64,000 bases of DNA from Candidatus Nanohalarchaeota archaeon (GCA_022729235.1 JALDAJ010000001.1:963596-1027595); one strand, 5' to 3'; shown: positions 29,304-39,442, numbered from the stretch's first letter. Numbers and translations are program-made. Notes: a model not told the origin generated them from the letters alone.

Positions 29304-29433
29304 TGGTCCACCCGGGATTCGAACCCGGGACCGCCGCCTCACTCATGGAGGCAACACACAGCCCTTCCGGGACAGTATTTTCCTGTGTGAGGTCCTTATA
29401 AGGACGGTGCTCTAACCCCTGAGCTAGTGGACC
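29304..29433 (-). tRNA. tRNA-Ile(UAU) with 57-nt intron at 37/38 (intron 29340-29396)
   Basis: Acceptor GGTCCAC/GTGGACC+A, D arm GCTC/GAGC, anticodon stem CCGTC/GGCGG, loop CT-TAT-A|A, T arm CCGGG-TTCGAAT-CCCGG. Intron TGAG pairs with CTTA (BHB central helix). CCA is not encoded. Confidence 0.9.
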
Positions 29434-29535
29434 ACGATTCGATTGGTCAAGCCCCGTTCGATAAATCGAAGCGGCTTTCGGAAGTCTGCCCTACGTAGAA
29501 TGAGTTAGAGATGTAATTCTAAAAAAGGCTTTCTG

Positions 29536-30725
29536 TCAAACATTAGTCTTTTCCCTTTCCTTACTTTCTTGAGAAAGAAACTCTTCTTGATCAATCACTT
29601 CACGACCCCACGCTTCAAGAAGTATCTGGGCCATATGTTTCCTTGCCGGTATCTCCCAAGCCCGATGTGCATCACTGCTGTAAGCTATATCCATATCGCT
29701 CTCTAAGAGTTTCCGGATAAAAACTGTCTCTTCCCTTACAGCCACGTCATTTATCAACTTTCTAGCAATTTTATCATCTACTCTATCCTTATTTCCATTG
29801 TACACCTTCTCGAACTCGCCCTTTATCTCTTCCGATACCTGTCTTTCAATTCCCTTACCTGAAAAATCAGGAACTGCCTCGGAATTTGAAAACGCGTCGA
29901 TAAGCTCCTTATAATGCACCTCATCCGCGTAAGTAGTAAGAACCTCGTTACGCTCTATAAGACCTGGGTGGCAGACCAGCACGTTCTCATCCGCGACAAT
30001 ACTTGAGTCAAGCAAGGAGTGTAGCTGATCAAAGTAGCTTTCAACAAAGTTTCTCTTCTCCTCTTCTACCTCTCTGATGACTTTACGCGCTTCTTTATTA
30101 GAGAGTTCTTCATCCATCTCATCCGGATTATAGCCGAGCTTTTCATAGAAGATACTGTCTAGGACTTCCTCTGCATCCTTGATGTATGCTCCATCAATGA
30201 AGTGAACACTAATCGCCGGGTAGTCGAAATCATTGTCATCAAGAAACGCTTCTATACTCTCCTCGCCAGACTCGTAATCTATTTCGGCGCTATCTAGTAG
30301 AGTTGGTGGCGGACGGTGCTCCTCAACCAGTTCATTGATTAGTTTATAGTCCTCCTCTTCATCAGCCACTCTCAAAGCCCGGAGAACATCTTCCTCTTCA
30401 AGAACTTCATAGTCATCTCGCTCATTGTAGTTGTCAATTACCTCTTTTCTAGCCTTGATAATCTCTTCATCTCTGAAGGGCACATCATTTGAATCAGTGT
30501 CGTGATCTGTCTCTCTATCCGAGAGATTGATATGATCTGCAGCGCCATAGCTCCCTAGTCTCGCTTCCAATCCTGCAGCTATTATTTCTTTAAAATTAGG
30601 GCCATCAGAAGTACGGGATGCCCGTGGAAGTCATCTGATATGTAGACAAGTGTTTCAGGTCTAGTGTAATCTGATTTCTGATCTTCTTCAACAGAATAGC
30701 TTACTCTCTCCACGCTTGCAGACAT
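29536..30725 (-). pseudogene. PHP-domain phosphoesterase with a 1-nt deletion frameshift near 30617
   Basis: ATG 30725 gives ...SDDFHGH; the shifted frame continues RTSDG...GAADH...SVH...CHPG...SSDAH (PHP motifs). Confidence 0.7.
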
Positions 30726-30886
30726 AGTAAAATATGTCCGGTAACATATAAAAACGAATTATTATGCCACAGCACTCCTTTTTTCAAGATTCTCTATTCA
30801 ATACAAACGATCGAAGCAAGGCGCTAGGTTAATAAAACTTCTATAAAAGATTCAGTACATAAAGTTTCTAGGAGGTAATTAAAACA

Positions 30887-31597
30887 ATGCAGATGTCTCA
30901 ACAGCAACAGGCTCAGTACGACCGCGGTATAACCATTTTCTCACCTGACGGTCGACTGTTCCAGGTAGAATACGCCAAAGAAGCAGTTAAAAAAGGAGCT
31001 ACAGCCCTCGGTATCGCCTATGACAAAGGAGTGGTACTCGCGGCAACGAGGAACACCGGGGAGCTCAGGGTGAGGAACCCGGAGAAAGTGTTCAAAGTCG
31101 ATGAACACATAGGGATCGCAACCTCAGGACTGGTCGCGGATGGAAGAACTCTTGTAGAAGAGACCCGGAACGAGGCACAGCGCTACATGATGACGTACGA
31201 TGAGGAGATCCCAACTCCTGTACTTGCGACGTTCGTAGCTGATCGATGCCAGCAGTTCACCCAGGTAGGAGGAGTAAGACCGTACGGAGTCTCAACGATC
31301 TCCGGCGGTGTCAAGGATGGAAATCCGAAGGTTTACCACACCGATCCTTCAGGAACCCTCAACCAGTACAACGCAGTCGCGATAGGTAAAGGCGGCAACG
31401 AAGCTACGGAACACCTGGAAGCGAACTGGGAGGAAGAAATGGAAGAAGATGCAGCAATCAACCTTGCAGTAAACGCACTGCAAGCCGGAGAAGAAGATAT
31501 CGAAACGGAGAACATCGAACTCGCGGTAGTTGACGTGGAAAACAACTACAGGCGAGTAGAGCCGGAAGAACTGGAAGAACGTGAACTCGGAGCCTAA
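30887..31597 (+). CDS. psmA: Proteasome alpha subunit
   Basis: YDRGITIFSPDGRLFQVEYA signature. Confidence 0.97.
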   Translation: MQMSQQQQAQYDRGITIFSPDGRLFQVEYAKEAVKKGATALGIAYDKGVVLAATRNTGELRVRNPEKVFKVDEHIGIATSGLVADGRTLVEETRNEAQRYMMTYDEEIPTPVLATFVADRCQQFTQVGGVRPYGVSTISGGVKDGNPKVYHTDPSGTLNQYNAVAIGKGGNEATEHLEANWEEEMEEDAAINLAVNALQAGEEDIETENIELAVVDVENNYRRVEPEELEERELGA

Positions 31598-31632
31598 ATA
31601 GGTTTAAGTCTCGGAAACGTTAAGGATTAACC

Positions 31633-32319
31633 ATGGACACATCCGACGCCATCAAAGTCCGTTACTCAGGGGACAAAGAGTTCGAGATACTTGTAGAGCC
31701 TGACCTCGCGAAAGAGGCAAAACTCGAGGGTGAAGACCACGACATCCAGCGCCTGCTTTTTGTACAGGAGATCTTCACTGACGCAGGTGAAGGTGAACGG
31801 GCGGGCGCCGGCGAACTTGAAGACGAGTTCAACACCCGCCAGGTAATAGAGGCTGCAGAAGAGATTTTTGAACGCGGAGAAATGCAGCTGACAACAGACC
31901 AGAAAGCGGAGATGCGGGAAGACAAGTACAGACAAGTTGTGGACATGATTTCCAGACGTGCACAGGACCCGAAGACCGGTAACCCTCACCCACCACAGCG
32001 TGTGGAGAACGCACTTGAAGAAGCAGGGTTCCACGTCAACGCCTTCGACGACGTAGAAGAGAAGTTCCAGGAGGCTGTTGACGAGATAAGACCTATCATC
32101 CCTATCTCGCTCGAAGAGAAAACTGTCGCGATCAGGATACCTGCGGAAAATGCAGGGCAGGCATACGACAAGTTACAGAAAGCGGGCGATATGGAAGAGG
32201 AGCAGTGGGGTAACGAGTACTTCATGTGCAAGATGACACTACCCGCCGGAGTACTCAGTGAACTGATAGAGGAAGTACAGGACATGACATCCGGCAAAGC
32301 AGAGATGCAGGAAGTCTAG
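31633..32319 (+). CDS. sdo1: Ribosome maturation factor SBDS/Sdo1
   Basis: FEILVEP, QLTTDQ, DPKTGNPHPPQRVENALEEA; conserved position after psmA. Confidence 0.95.
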   Translation: MDTSDAIKVRYSGDKEFEILVEPDLAKEAKLEGEDHDIQRLLFVQEIFTDAGEGERAGAGELEDEFNTRQVIEAAEEIFERGEMQLTTDQKAEMREDKYRQVVDMISRRAQDPKTGNPHPPQRVENALEEAGFHVNAFDDVEEKFQEAVDEIRPIIPISLEEKTVAIRIPAENAGQAYDKLQKAGDMEEEQWGNEYFMCKMTLPAGVLSELIEEVQDMTSGKAEMQEV

Positions 32320-33098
32320 AAAAGTCTTTCCGCGAACCGCTCTAGCTGTTCATCAGAGAAATTTTGCTCCTTAGAGAATAGGATTTCTTCATACATCAAA
32401 TTGTTCTCATCATCAACATGCACCTCACCCAGAATGTGTCCTATCTCATGAAGCACGACATCTCTCAGACGTGGAGAATACCTGTTGAAACCATCCTCCA
32501 GAAGCCTGACTACCGCTCGGTCATATACCGCAGCACCTGCAGCCCCACTATCCGAGCTTTCACAGCAACCCGGCTTTATCTCCCAAGGAACCATGAAAAC
32601 TTGGATAGCAGCATATCTGTACCGAGAATCTATATCATTGTATACTATATCCTGCAGACCAAGTATCTCTTCTAAATTTCTGGTGGATCCTATCAGCTGA
32701 GATACAACATCTTCTGACGTATCCAATTTCTGACGCGAAAATTTCTCCTTGTGTTCTAGGACCAGTGCGTTTATCTCCGGAGAGAATGCTTCCTCAATAT
32801 CATCATAGACATCATACGATACTTCTACGCCTTCAGAAAGCCTTACATCCATCATCATGTTTGGTTCACCCTTCTTTAAGACATCTTCATGATAGCGATT
32901 GAAATCCTGCTCCACATCCTGCCAGAATTCATCATCCTCGAAATAGGTATCCGGCACACCATAGTACCCAAAACTGTCTGAAAGCACTAGTCCTGCGTTT
33001 TCTCCGAAGTATTTGAACGCTAGAGGACCCTTTATAGCGGAAAGAACCGCTCCTCCAACCCATATTGCGGTGTCTCTGCGGGATATTTCCCGTTCCAT
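32316..33098 (-). CDS. Matrixin-like zinc metalloprotease with twin-Arg-like N-terminus
   Basis: HEIGHILGEVH...NLMY (Met-turn); ISRRD plus hydrophobic stretch. Confidence 0.8.
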   Translation of the reverse strand: MEREISRRDTAIWVGGAVLSAIKGPLAFKYFGENAGLVLSDSFGYYGVPDTYFEDDEFWQDVEQDFNRYHEDVLKKGEPNMMMDVRLSEGVEVSYDVYDDIEEAFSPEINALVLEHKEKFSRQKLDTSEDVVSQLIGSTRNLEEILGLQDIVYNDIDSRYRYAAIQVFMVPWEIKPGCCESSDSGAAGAAVYDRAVVRLLEDGFNRYSPRLRDVVLHEIGHILGEVHVDDENNLMYEEILFSKEQNFSDEQLERFAERLF

Positions 33099-33143
33099 AA
33101 AGTTTGACAGGAAAATATAATCATAAATCAGTTGTGAACGGTA

Positions 33144-34028
33144 CTACTCTCTCCACTGATCTTCCACAACCTTCCATTCTTCAGGAGTAAAGCTCAGGTC
33201 GGAGTCGGCCTGTACTCCTTCCTCGGCGTACATCACGTCCTGCGGGTTATCAGAGTGTTCCAGATCAAAGGCATGCCCTATATCATGCAAAGCCACCCTC
33301 TTCGTTCCCTCAATATACTCATCGCCGTAGAAATGTTTGAACCCTTCCTCAGGCGCCATAACGATATTCGTACCGCTGGCAATCGCCATGTAGACGCAGC
33401 CGTGGTCGTTATCGCAGTACTCCTCCTCCCAGTCAAGATCCTCTGTGAACTCCAGCGCACCCTCTGGTAGATCATATGAAGAACTCTGCACGCCCGGTGT
33501 CCGGAGTACCTGGATCGCGGCAACTCTTAGCTCCGCCGGTACCTCTCTTTCAAAGAAATCATCGTACCCTTCCTTGACACCGTGTATCATGGCTGCATCA
33601 CCTCCGTACTCGTTGACAAACTCGTCCTCGGGATACGCGTATTCAGGTTTTCTCCGCCCTACAAACGCGTTTATCCCCTCATCTCCGACAGGCGCCTCGT
33701 TGTGTACCTCCTCAATGGCACGAGCCACTTCTTCCTCAAGTTGGTGGTCGCCTACAGGTATGACATCGACAAGGACATTAGGACGGTCAGGATCAAAACC
33801 CTCAAAATCCTCGATATATAGGTCTTCAAGCTCTGCCTCAAAGCGAGAGTTATCCTTCAGGTAATCAGGCACCCCTGTATAGTAAGGCGTCAGTAAGGTC
33901 TCCGGCGTCCCCTCAAGAGATCCATGTATCATAGCAGCCATACCTACGCCCAGAGACTCCAGTAATCGCCTCCTCGTAGAGTTCAATCTCTCGGCGTATG
34001 ATCCCAGACTACCCCGATCGAGAACCAT
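33144..34028 (-). CDS. Matrixin-like protein, HDxxH variant, Tat-like signal
   Basis: HDIGHAFDLEHS...DVMY; STRRRLLESLG. Confidence 0.78.
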   Translation of the reverse strand: MVLDRGSLGSYAERLNSTRRRLLESLGVGMAAMIHGSLEGTPETLLTPYYTGVPDYLKDNSRFEAELEDLYIEDFEGFDPDRPNVLVDVIPVGDHQLEEEVARAIEEVHNEAPVGDEGINAFVGRRKPEYAYPEDEFVNEYGGDAAMIHGVKEGYDDFFEREVPAELRVAAIQVLRTPGVQSSSYDLPEGALEFTEDLDWEEEYCDNDHGCVYMAIASGTNIVMAPEEGFKHFYGDEYIEGTKRVALHDIGHAFDLEHSDNPQDVMYAEEGVQADSDLSFTPEEWKVVEDQWRE

Positions 34029-34183
34029 ATTAAATCACCGGGTGGACAGGAAGCGGAACACTCAAAAACCTACCAGACATACCAGAGCACCACATATCCT
34101 ATTTAAAAGTTGTGTTTCCTTTCCTGTATATAAAGCAGATTCATTTCTGTGTGAAAGAACTAACTCAAAGAGGTAAACGTAAA

Positions 34184-34861
34184 ATGTCACGTGTAAAAGA
34201 AGAATCAGACATAGTTGCACCTGGAGACACCCTAACCGAGGAGGACGATGTCCGCCCGGGAGACGGAGTTTTCCAGGAAAACGGCAAAATCATTTCAAAA
34301 TACATCGGATCAGTAAGGTACGACAACGGCTACGTAAACGTAACGCCGATGTCCGGTCGATACATCCCGAGCGAAGGCGACATAGTGATAGGAGAAGTAG
34401 AACATGTCAGCTACAATAACTGGAAAGTAAGTCTCGCCTCACCCTACGAAGGGATGCTCAGGATTGACACCGCGGTCGACGAATACATCGACCTTGACGA
34501 AGACGACCTTACAGATTATTATGACGTAGGCGATGCGATCGTCGTCAAAGTCACCTCGGTAAACGCAGGTATGGATGTCAACCTGTCCATGATGGATAAG
34601 AGGTGCAGGAAACTCGAAGGAGGACGAATCATCCAGATCCCTCCAAGTAAAGTCCCGAGAGTTATCGGGAAACAGGGAACCATGGTCAAACAGATCAAAG
34701 AACAGACCGGCTGCAAGATAATCGTCGGACAGAACGGCCAGGTATGGATCCGGGGAGAGAAAGAAAATCTCGCCGCAAGAGCAGTCAAAAAAGTCGAGCG
34801 GGAAGCCCACCAATCAGGTCTCACCGACAAAATCGGTGAATGGCTTGAGGAGCAGAGGTGA
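34184..34861 (+). CDS. rrp4: Exosome RNA-binding subunit Rrp4
   Basis: YIPSEGDIVIG (S1), KVPRVIGKQG (KH), VGQNG. Confidence 0.96.
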   Translation: MSRVKEESDIVAPGDTLTEEDDVRPGDGVFQENGKIISKYIGSVRYDNGYVNVTPMSGRYIPSEGDIVIGEVEHVSYNNWKVSLASPYEGMLRIDTAVDEYIDLDEDDLTDYYDVGDAIVVKVTSVNAGMDVNLSMMDKRCRKLEGGRIIQIPPSKVPRVIGKQGTMVKQIKEQTGCKIIVGQNGQVWIRGEKENLAARAVKKVEREAHQSGLTDKIGEWLEEQR

Positions 34862-34869
34862 ACAGGAAA

Positions 34870-35604
34870 ATGACAGAACAAGAAATTCAATGGTTTGACG
34901 AAGACGGAAAACGTGTTGACGGAAGAGAAAAAGATGAAGTAAGAGAGACGAAGATGGAAGTCGGAGTCCTCGACGAAGCGGACGGTTCCGCGATGGTCGA
35001 GACCGGGAACACCCGCGTAGTAGCTTCCGTTTTCGGACCACAGGAACTACACCCACAGCACCTTCAAAAATCAGACCGCGCAGTCATCAAGATGCGGTAC
35101 AACATGGCACCTTTCTCCGTGGATGACCGGATGAGACCCGGTCCGAACCGGAGGGCGAAAGAAATCGGGCTCGTAGCTAGAAGAGCTTTAGAACCAGCAA
35201 TCGAGCTGGAAAACTTCCCGAAAGCAGGGATCGACATCTCGATGGAGATAATCGAGAGCGATGGCGGATCACGTGTAACCGGTATCAACGCCGCAGCACT
35301 AGCGCTGGCGGACGCAGGAATCCCGATGAAGGGTCTTGTATCCGCGTGTGCAGCAGGAGTGATAGACGACACCGCAGTCCTCGATGTCAACGGTAAAGAG
35401 GATAAGGAAGGAAACGCAGACATCCCTATAGCAGTCATCAATGGAGAAGACGAGATAACGCTTCTCCAGATGGACGGTGACATCGACCAGGAGATGCTTG
35501 ACGAATGCATCTCACTCGCAAGAGACGGCTGCAACCAGCTCTACGAACAGCAACGCAGGACATTAGTTGAAAAATACGAAGAAATCAAAGGAGGTGACCA
35601 GTAA
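34870..35604 (+). CDS. rrp41: Exosome catalytic subunit Rrp41
   Basis: RVDGR, ADGSA, YNMAPFS, DGGSR, ALADAGIPM and LLQMDG. Confidence 0.96.
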   Translation: MTEQEIQWFDEDGKRVDGREKDEVRETKMEVGVLDEADGSAMVETGNTRVVASVFGPQELHPQHLQKSDRAVIKMRYNMAPFSVDDRMRPGPNRRAKEIGLVARRALEPAIELENFPKAGIDISMEIIESDGGSRVTGINAAALALADAGIPMKGLVSACAAGVIDDTAVLDVNGKEDKEGNADIPIAVINGEDEITLLQMDGDIDQEMLDECISLARDGCNQLYEQQRRTLVEKYEEIKGGDQ

Positions 35605-36395
35605 TGAAACTTAACCAGAAAACAATCCGGAAGATTATAGAAGACGGAGAAAGACTTGACGAGAGAGAACTCGATGAGTACAGGGACATAGAGGTCGAAG
35701 CCGATTACATCAACGAGACAGCGGAAGGATCCGCAAAAGTCTCTATCGGTAAAACACAGGTCGTTGTAGGACTGTCAATCGATGTAGAATCACCTTACGA
35801 CGACAGACCTGGCAGAGGGACTCTCGTAACCAACGCAGAACTCGCGCCGATGGCTCACAGGGAGTACGAGTCAGGACCTCCACAGGAGCCTGGAGTCGAA
35901 CTCGCAAGAGTTGTCGACCGGGGTATCCGTGAAGCAGAGGCAGTAGATCTAGAAGAACTCTGTATAGAGGAAGGAGAGAATGTCTACACCCTCTTTATCG
36001 ACATTCACGTCCTGAACGATGACGGCAACCTCATAGACGCCGCATCACTCGGCGCCATGACAGCGCTGAAGACAGGGTTCATCCCAGAATATGACGAGGA
36101 GACAGGAGAAATCCTGCGAGACGAGAAGGCGATGGACATTCCTCTTGTCAAGGAACCAGTCACGGTTACCGGACGCAAGATCGGTAACACCCTTCTCTGG
36201 GACACTAACGGCGATGAAGAAGAGGCGCTCGACGCACGACTGACCGTTTCACTGCTTGAGAACGGGAACATCGTTGCGATGCAGAAAGGAGAGGAGCAAC
36301 CTTACTCACAGGAAGAAGTCATGGAAACCGTGGAAAAAGCAGAGGAGATATCATCCCGGCTACGGGAGAAACTCCACGAAGCGGCGGGAGAATAA
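35604..36395 (+). CDS. rrp42: Exosome subunit Rrp42
   Basis: AEGSA, ELARVVDRGIRE, DDGNLIDA and AMQKG. Confidence 0.96.
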   Translation: MKLNQKTIRKIIEDGERLDERELDEYRDIEVEADYINETAEGSAKVSIGKTQVVVGLSIDVESPYDDRPGRGTLVTNAELAPMAHREYESGPPQEPGVELARVVDRGIREAEAVDLEELCIEEGENVYTLFIDIHVLNDDGNLIDAASLGAMTALKTGFIPEYDEETGEILRDEKAMDIPLVKEPVTVTGRKIGNTLLWDTNGDEEEALDARLTVSLLENGNIVAMQKGEEQPYSQEEVMETVEKAEEISSRLREKLHEAAGE

Positions 36396-36442
36396 AAAAG
36401 ATTCCCCCCTCTTTTACTTCCATATCAAGGTGAATTACAAAA

Positions 36443-36718
36443 ATGAGTAGAAGCTCAAAACGTTTTGGCGCCCGGTACGGGGCGAAGATAAGGAAAAACG
36501 TGGACGAGGCTGAATCACATGAAGGCGAATGCCCTGAATGTGAGGGCGAACTGGAAAGAGAAGCTGCAGGTATCTGGAAATGCACAGAATGCGGCTTAAA
36601 AGTTGCAGGAGGCGCATACAACCAGGATACAGGCGCAGATGAAACCCTCAGACGCGCACTGAACGTTGAAACCGAAGAACTTGAAGCTGCAAAAGAACAG
36701 ATAGAAGAGGACGAATAA
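36443..36718 (+). CDS. rpl37ae: 50S ribosomal protein L37ae
   Basis: RFGARYG, CPEC...GIWKCTECG.KVAGGAY. Confidence 0.95.
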   Translation: MSRSSKRFGARYGAKIRKNVDEAESHEGECPECEGELEREAAGIWKCTECGLKVAGGAYNQDTGADETLRRALNVETEELEAAKEQIEEDE

Positions 36719-36721
36719 CAA

Positions 36722-36862
36722 ATGGCAGGATATATTTGCGTGAAATGTGAGGAAGAAGTCGATATCAACCCTGTAGAAGAGAAAGTTATCTGCCCTAACT
36801 GCTCACACCGGGTTCTGATGAAGGCACGACCAGACGACCCTGACAGGGTCGAAGCAGTCTGA
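36722..36862 (+). CDS. rpoP: RNA polymerase subunit P (Rpo12)
   Basis: MAGYICVKC...ICPNCSHRVLMKARP...VEAV*; conserved position after rpl37ae. Confidence 0.92.
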   Translation: MAGYICVKCEEEVDINPVEEKVICPNCSHRVLMKARPDDPDRVEAV

Positions 36863-36913
36863 AGCTTTCCAACGAAGGAAAGCCGCTCACAGAAGATCAC
36901 GAGGCAACCCAGG

Positions 36914-37123
36914 ATGAAGACACAGCTCAGCATCGACGCGGAGCCAGGACTAAGACAGGTCGTAAATCCCAGCCTTGACAGCGACCGGAAAGTAAGTTAC
37001 GTGGTAGAAGACGGTGAAGAACTGGAAATCACTATCGAAACCGATTCGCTCGGACCTTTGAGAGGTGCGACCGACACCGTGTTCAGGCTGGCGATGCTCG
37101 GAAACAAGATACTACAAAGGTGA
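36914..37123 (+). CDS. pcc1: KEOPS subunit Pcc1
   Basis: LEITIETDSLGPLRGATDTVFRL; synteny between rpoP and pfdB. Confidence 0.75.
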   Translation: MKTQLSIDAEPGLRQVVNPSLDSDRKVSYVVEDGEELEITIETDSLGPLRGATDTVFRLAMLGNKILQR

Positions 37124-37131
37124 ACAAATAA

Positions 37132-37464
37132 ATGACAGATCAAGAAGACGCCCAGCAGATGATAATGGAGATGCAGCAGAAACAGCAGCAGCTCCAGCAA
37201 ATCGTAGTTCAGAAAGAAGAAACCGAGGAAGAACTCCAGGAGTCACAGAGAGCGCTTGACGAACTTGAAGAGGGAGAAGGTGACGTTTACCGGACAGTAG
37301 GTTCGATTTTTGTCCAGAGAGACCGGGAAGAACTCAAGGGAGAACTGGAAGAGAAAGTTGAAGACCTTGAAGTAAGGAAGAAGAGCCTGGACCGGAAGCA
37401 GGAGAAACTCGAGGAACAGATGGAAGAATCGAGACAGAAGTTCTCACAGTCAATGGGCGGCTAA
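37132..37464 (+). CDS. pfdB: Prefoldin beta subunit
   Basis: ALDELE...VYRTVGSIFV between coiled coils. Confidence 0.92.
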   Translation: MTDQEDAQQMIMEMQQKQQQLQQIVVQKEETEEELQESQRALDELEEGEGDVYRTVGSIFVQRDREELKGELEEKVEDLEVRKKSLDRKQEKLEEQMEESRQKFSQSMGG

Positions 37465-37477
37465 AAGGTGATAAAAA

Positions 37478-37726
37478 ATGTCAAATCTTGAAGCAATAAC
37501 AGCCAGGATGAGAGATATAGCCTCCCAGAACTCTATGCCATCCAACGTTGCAGACATGCTTGAACAGGCAGCGGACAAGCTTGAAGAAGACGATGAAGAC
37601 CTATCAGTACGGGTGAACACCGCAGCATCTATACTTGACGACATATCCAACGACCCTAACATCCGTCAACATACCAGGACAGAGATCTGGAACCTCGCCT
37701 CAAAAGTGGAAAGCCTGAGCGAATAA
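37478..37726 (+). CDS. UPF0147-family protein
   Basis: SILDDISNDPNI..HTRTEIWN. Confidence 0.85.
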   Translation: MSNLEAITARMRDIASQNSMPSNVADMLEQAADKLEEDDEDLSVRVNTAASILDDISNDPNIRQHTRTEIWNLASKVESLSE

Positions 37727-37810
37727 CCCTCTCAGAAACTCCAGACCTACGGGACTAAAAAGCTATAAAAAGATACGTAAGGTGCTTATAACTAGGAGGC
37801 AAGGAATGCT

Positions 37811-38176
37811 ATGGCTCTAGATTTTCTCAAGAAGTCAGACAATAAAGAACAAGATATAGTCGAAGACGACTTCGTGGAACTCGATGCACAGATGCACGAA
37901 GGCGAAGACGAAATCGTTATACGGGCGGTGACACTCGAAGAGTTCGCAGATGTCGAAAACGCACAGGACCACCTGAGAGACGACCACATCGTCTGGATCA
38001 ACATCGCACCACTGAAGAACCACAACATGGCCGACCTGAAAAGAGCGGTCAAGAGACTGAAGAAGACCGTCAAGAACATCAACGGCGACATGGCAGGAGT
38101 CGATGAGAACTGGATAGTTGCCTGCCCCGGCTACGCAACCATCGCGAGAAGTGATGAAGTAGAAGATACAGCTTAA
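37811..38176 (+). CDS. sepF: Cell division protein SepF
   Basis: IVWINIAPLK...LKRAVKRLK...INGDMAG...IVACP. Confidence 0.88.
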   Translation: MALDFLKKSDNKEQDIVEDDFVELDAQMHEGEDEIVIRAVTLEEFADVENAQDHLRDDHIVWINIAPLKNHNMADLKRAVKRLKKTVKNINGDMAGVDENWIVACPGYATIARSDEVEDTA

Positions 38177-38273
38177 ACCAGTCTGGAATCAGCTTCTCAA
38201 ACCCGTGCATCCAGATAGGACAACAGGATGAACTGCCATCACCATTAAATCCTCTTCTACATAATTCTAGTCC

Positions 38274-38612
38274 ATGGAGAAAGGCGACAAGGACTACGTT
38301 TACCTGCTCGACACATTGAAGAAAGGGCAGGAAAGGATACAGGAGTTGCAAACGGAGAACGAGAAGCTGGAAGAAGCAAACGAGAAACTTGTGCAGCTAG
38401 TGGAGAAACTTGAAACAATAATCGTCGAGGAACTCGACGACTTTGACTGGGAGGACAACCAGTACGACTACCCGCACCAGTGGTCACCAGGAGACATCGT
38501 CCACGAGAAAAAACTCAAGCTTAACTCAAACCATGATATCAGCGATCTCGACTCACAGATCAGTGAAGCTATAAAATCCCTTAAGAGAGCGCAAAAGTTT
38601 AAAAATAAGTAA
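38274..38612 (+). CDS. Hypothetical coiled-coil protein
   Basis: 112-aa ORF. Confidence 0.6.
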   Translation: MEKGDKDYVYLLDTLKKGQERIQELQTENEKLEEANEKLVQLVEKLETIIVEELDDFDWEDNQYDYPHQWSPGDIVHEKKLKLNSNHDISDLDSQISEAIKSLKRAQKFKNK

Positions 38613-38644
38613 AAGACATTTCTCAATATACAGGTGATTAAACT

Positions 38645-39145
38645 ATTTCTGATGACGTAACATACGAGTGCCCTATCTGCGGCGACGAGTTCGACTCGGA
38701 GAAAGGAAGGAACGTCCACGAAGGACAGAAACATCCTAACCAGCGGGCGAAAGAGCTTAACGCGTTAGTAGATCGTTTCGAGGACGAAGCAGACCGAGCA
38801 CTCGACATCAAGGAAGAGATGGAGCGACTAAAAGACAAGGTAAGAGAGCTCAAGGAAGAGAAGGCTAACCTTGAAGAAACAGTGGACGACCTCAGATCCA
38901 CAAGGAAAGAGCTCAAGCAGAAGATAAGTGGTAAGGAGGAAGAGATAAAGGACTTAGAGAACAAGCTTGACGAGATGAAAGATGATAAAGCAGAGGTAGA
39001 AACAGAAAAGCACTCACTTGAGAGAAAAGTAGGTAACCTGCAGGAAGAGAAACAGGGACTTGAAGAATCGCTTTCGCAGACAGAAGACCTACTGCTCAAG
39101 TTCAAGCACCAGGTCAGAGAGTTCGACGAAGAACTCGAGGGTTGA
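38645..39145 (+). CDS. C2H2 zinc finger + coiled-coil protein, probable ATT start
   Basis: YECPICGDEFDSEKGRNVHEGQKH lies in frame upstream of ATG 38819. In-frame TAA at 38639; AGGTGA SD before ATT 38645. Confidence 0.75.
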   Translation: MSDDVTYECPICGDEFDSEKGRNVHEGQKHPNQRAKELNALVDRFEDEADRALDIKEEMERLKDKVRELKEEKANLEETVDDLRSTRKELKQKISGKEEEIKDLENKLDEMKDDKAEVETEKHSLERKVGNLQEEKQGLEESLSQTEDLLLKFKHQVREFDEELEG

Positions 39146-39205
39146 ACTTCCCTCACTATTTAATCTTAAATCTGGGGCGAGATTAACTTTCTTCAAGAAC
39201 ATCTG

Positions 39206-39442
39206 TCATATCTCTAGATGCCGTTCAAGCCCGAGTTCATCCTCTATCTTCTCTATAGCTTCCTGGAGTTCTTCTATCCAGGACATCACATCACCCGTCC
39301 CGAACTCGACGAACCGCTTCACGCAGTCCTTACAGTAAATATCGCCGTTGAACTCTATAGCATCTTCAGGAAGCCTCTCAGAGTCTTCACCACCAAAATC
39401 GATTAAGTCGCCACATTCAACGCATTTCTTCTCGTAGACCAT
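39206..39442 (-). CDS. Small zinc-finger protein
   Basis: CVECG...YCKDC. Confidence 0.75.
   Translation of the reverse strand: MVYEKKCVECGDLIDFGGEDSERLPEDAIEFNGDIYCKDCVKRFVEFGTGDVMSWIEELQEAIEKIEDELGLERHLEI

Noticed and set aside
25329-29304. Provirus or integrative element at the tRNA-Ile 3' end
   Set aside because: No integrase, no duplicated tRNA 3' end and no viral structural genes were seen.
29536-30725. RNase P subunit Rpp30, given the position upstream of psmA
   Set aside because: The gene is oriented opposite to psmA, is too long, and retains metal-binding PHP motifs (HxH, DH, SDAH).
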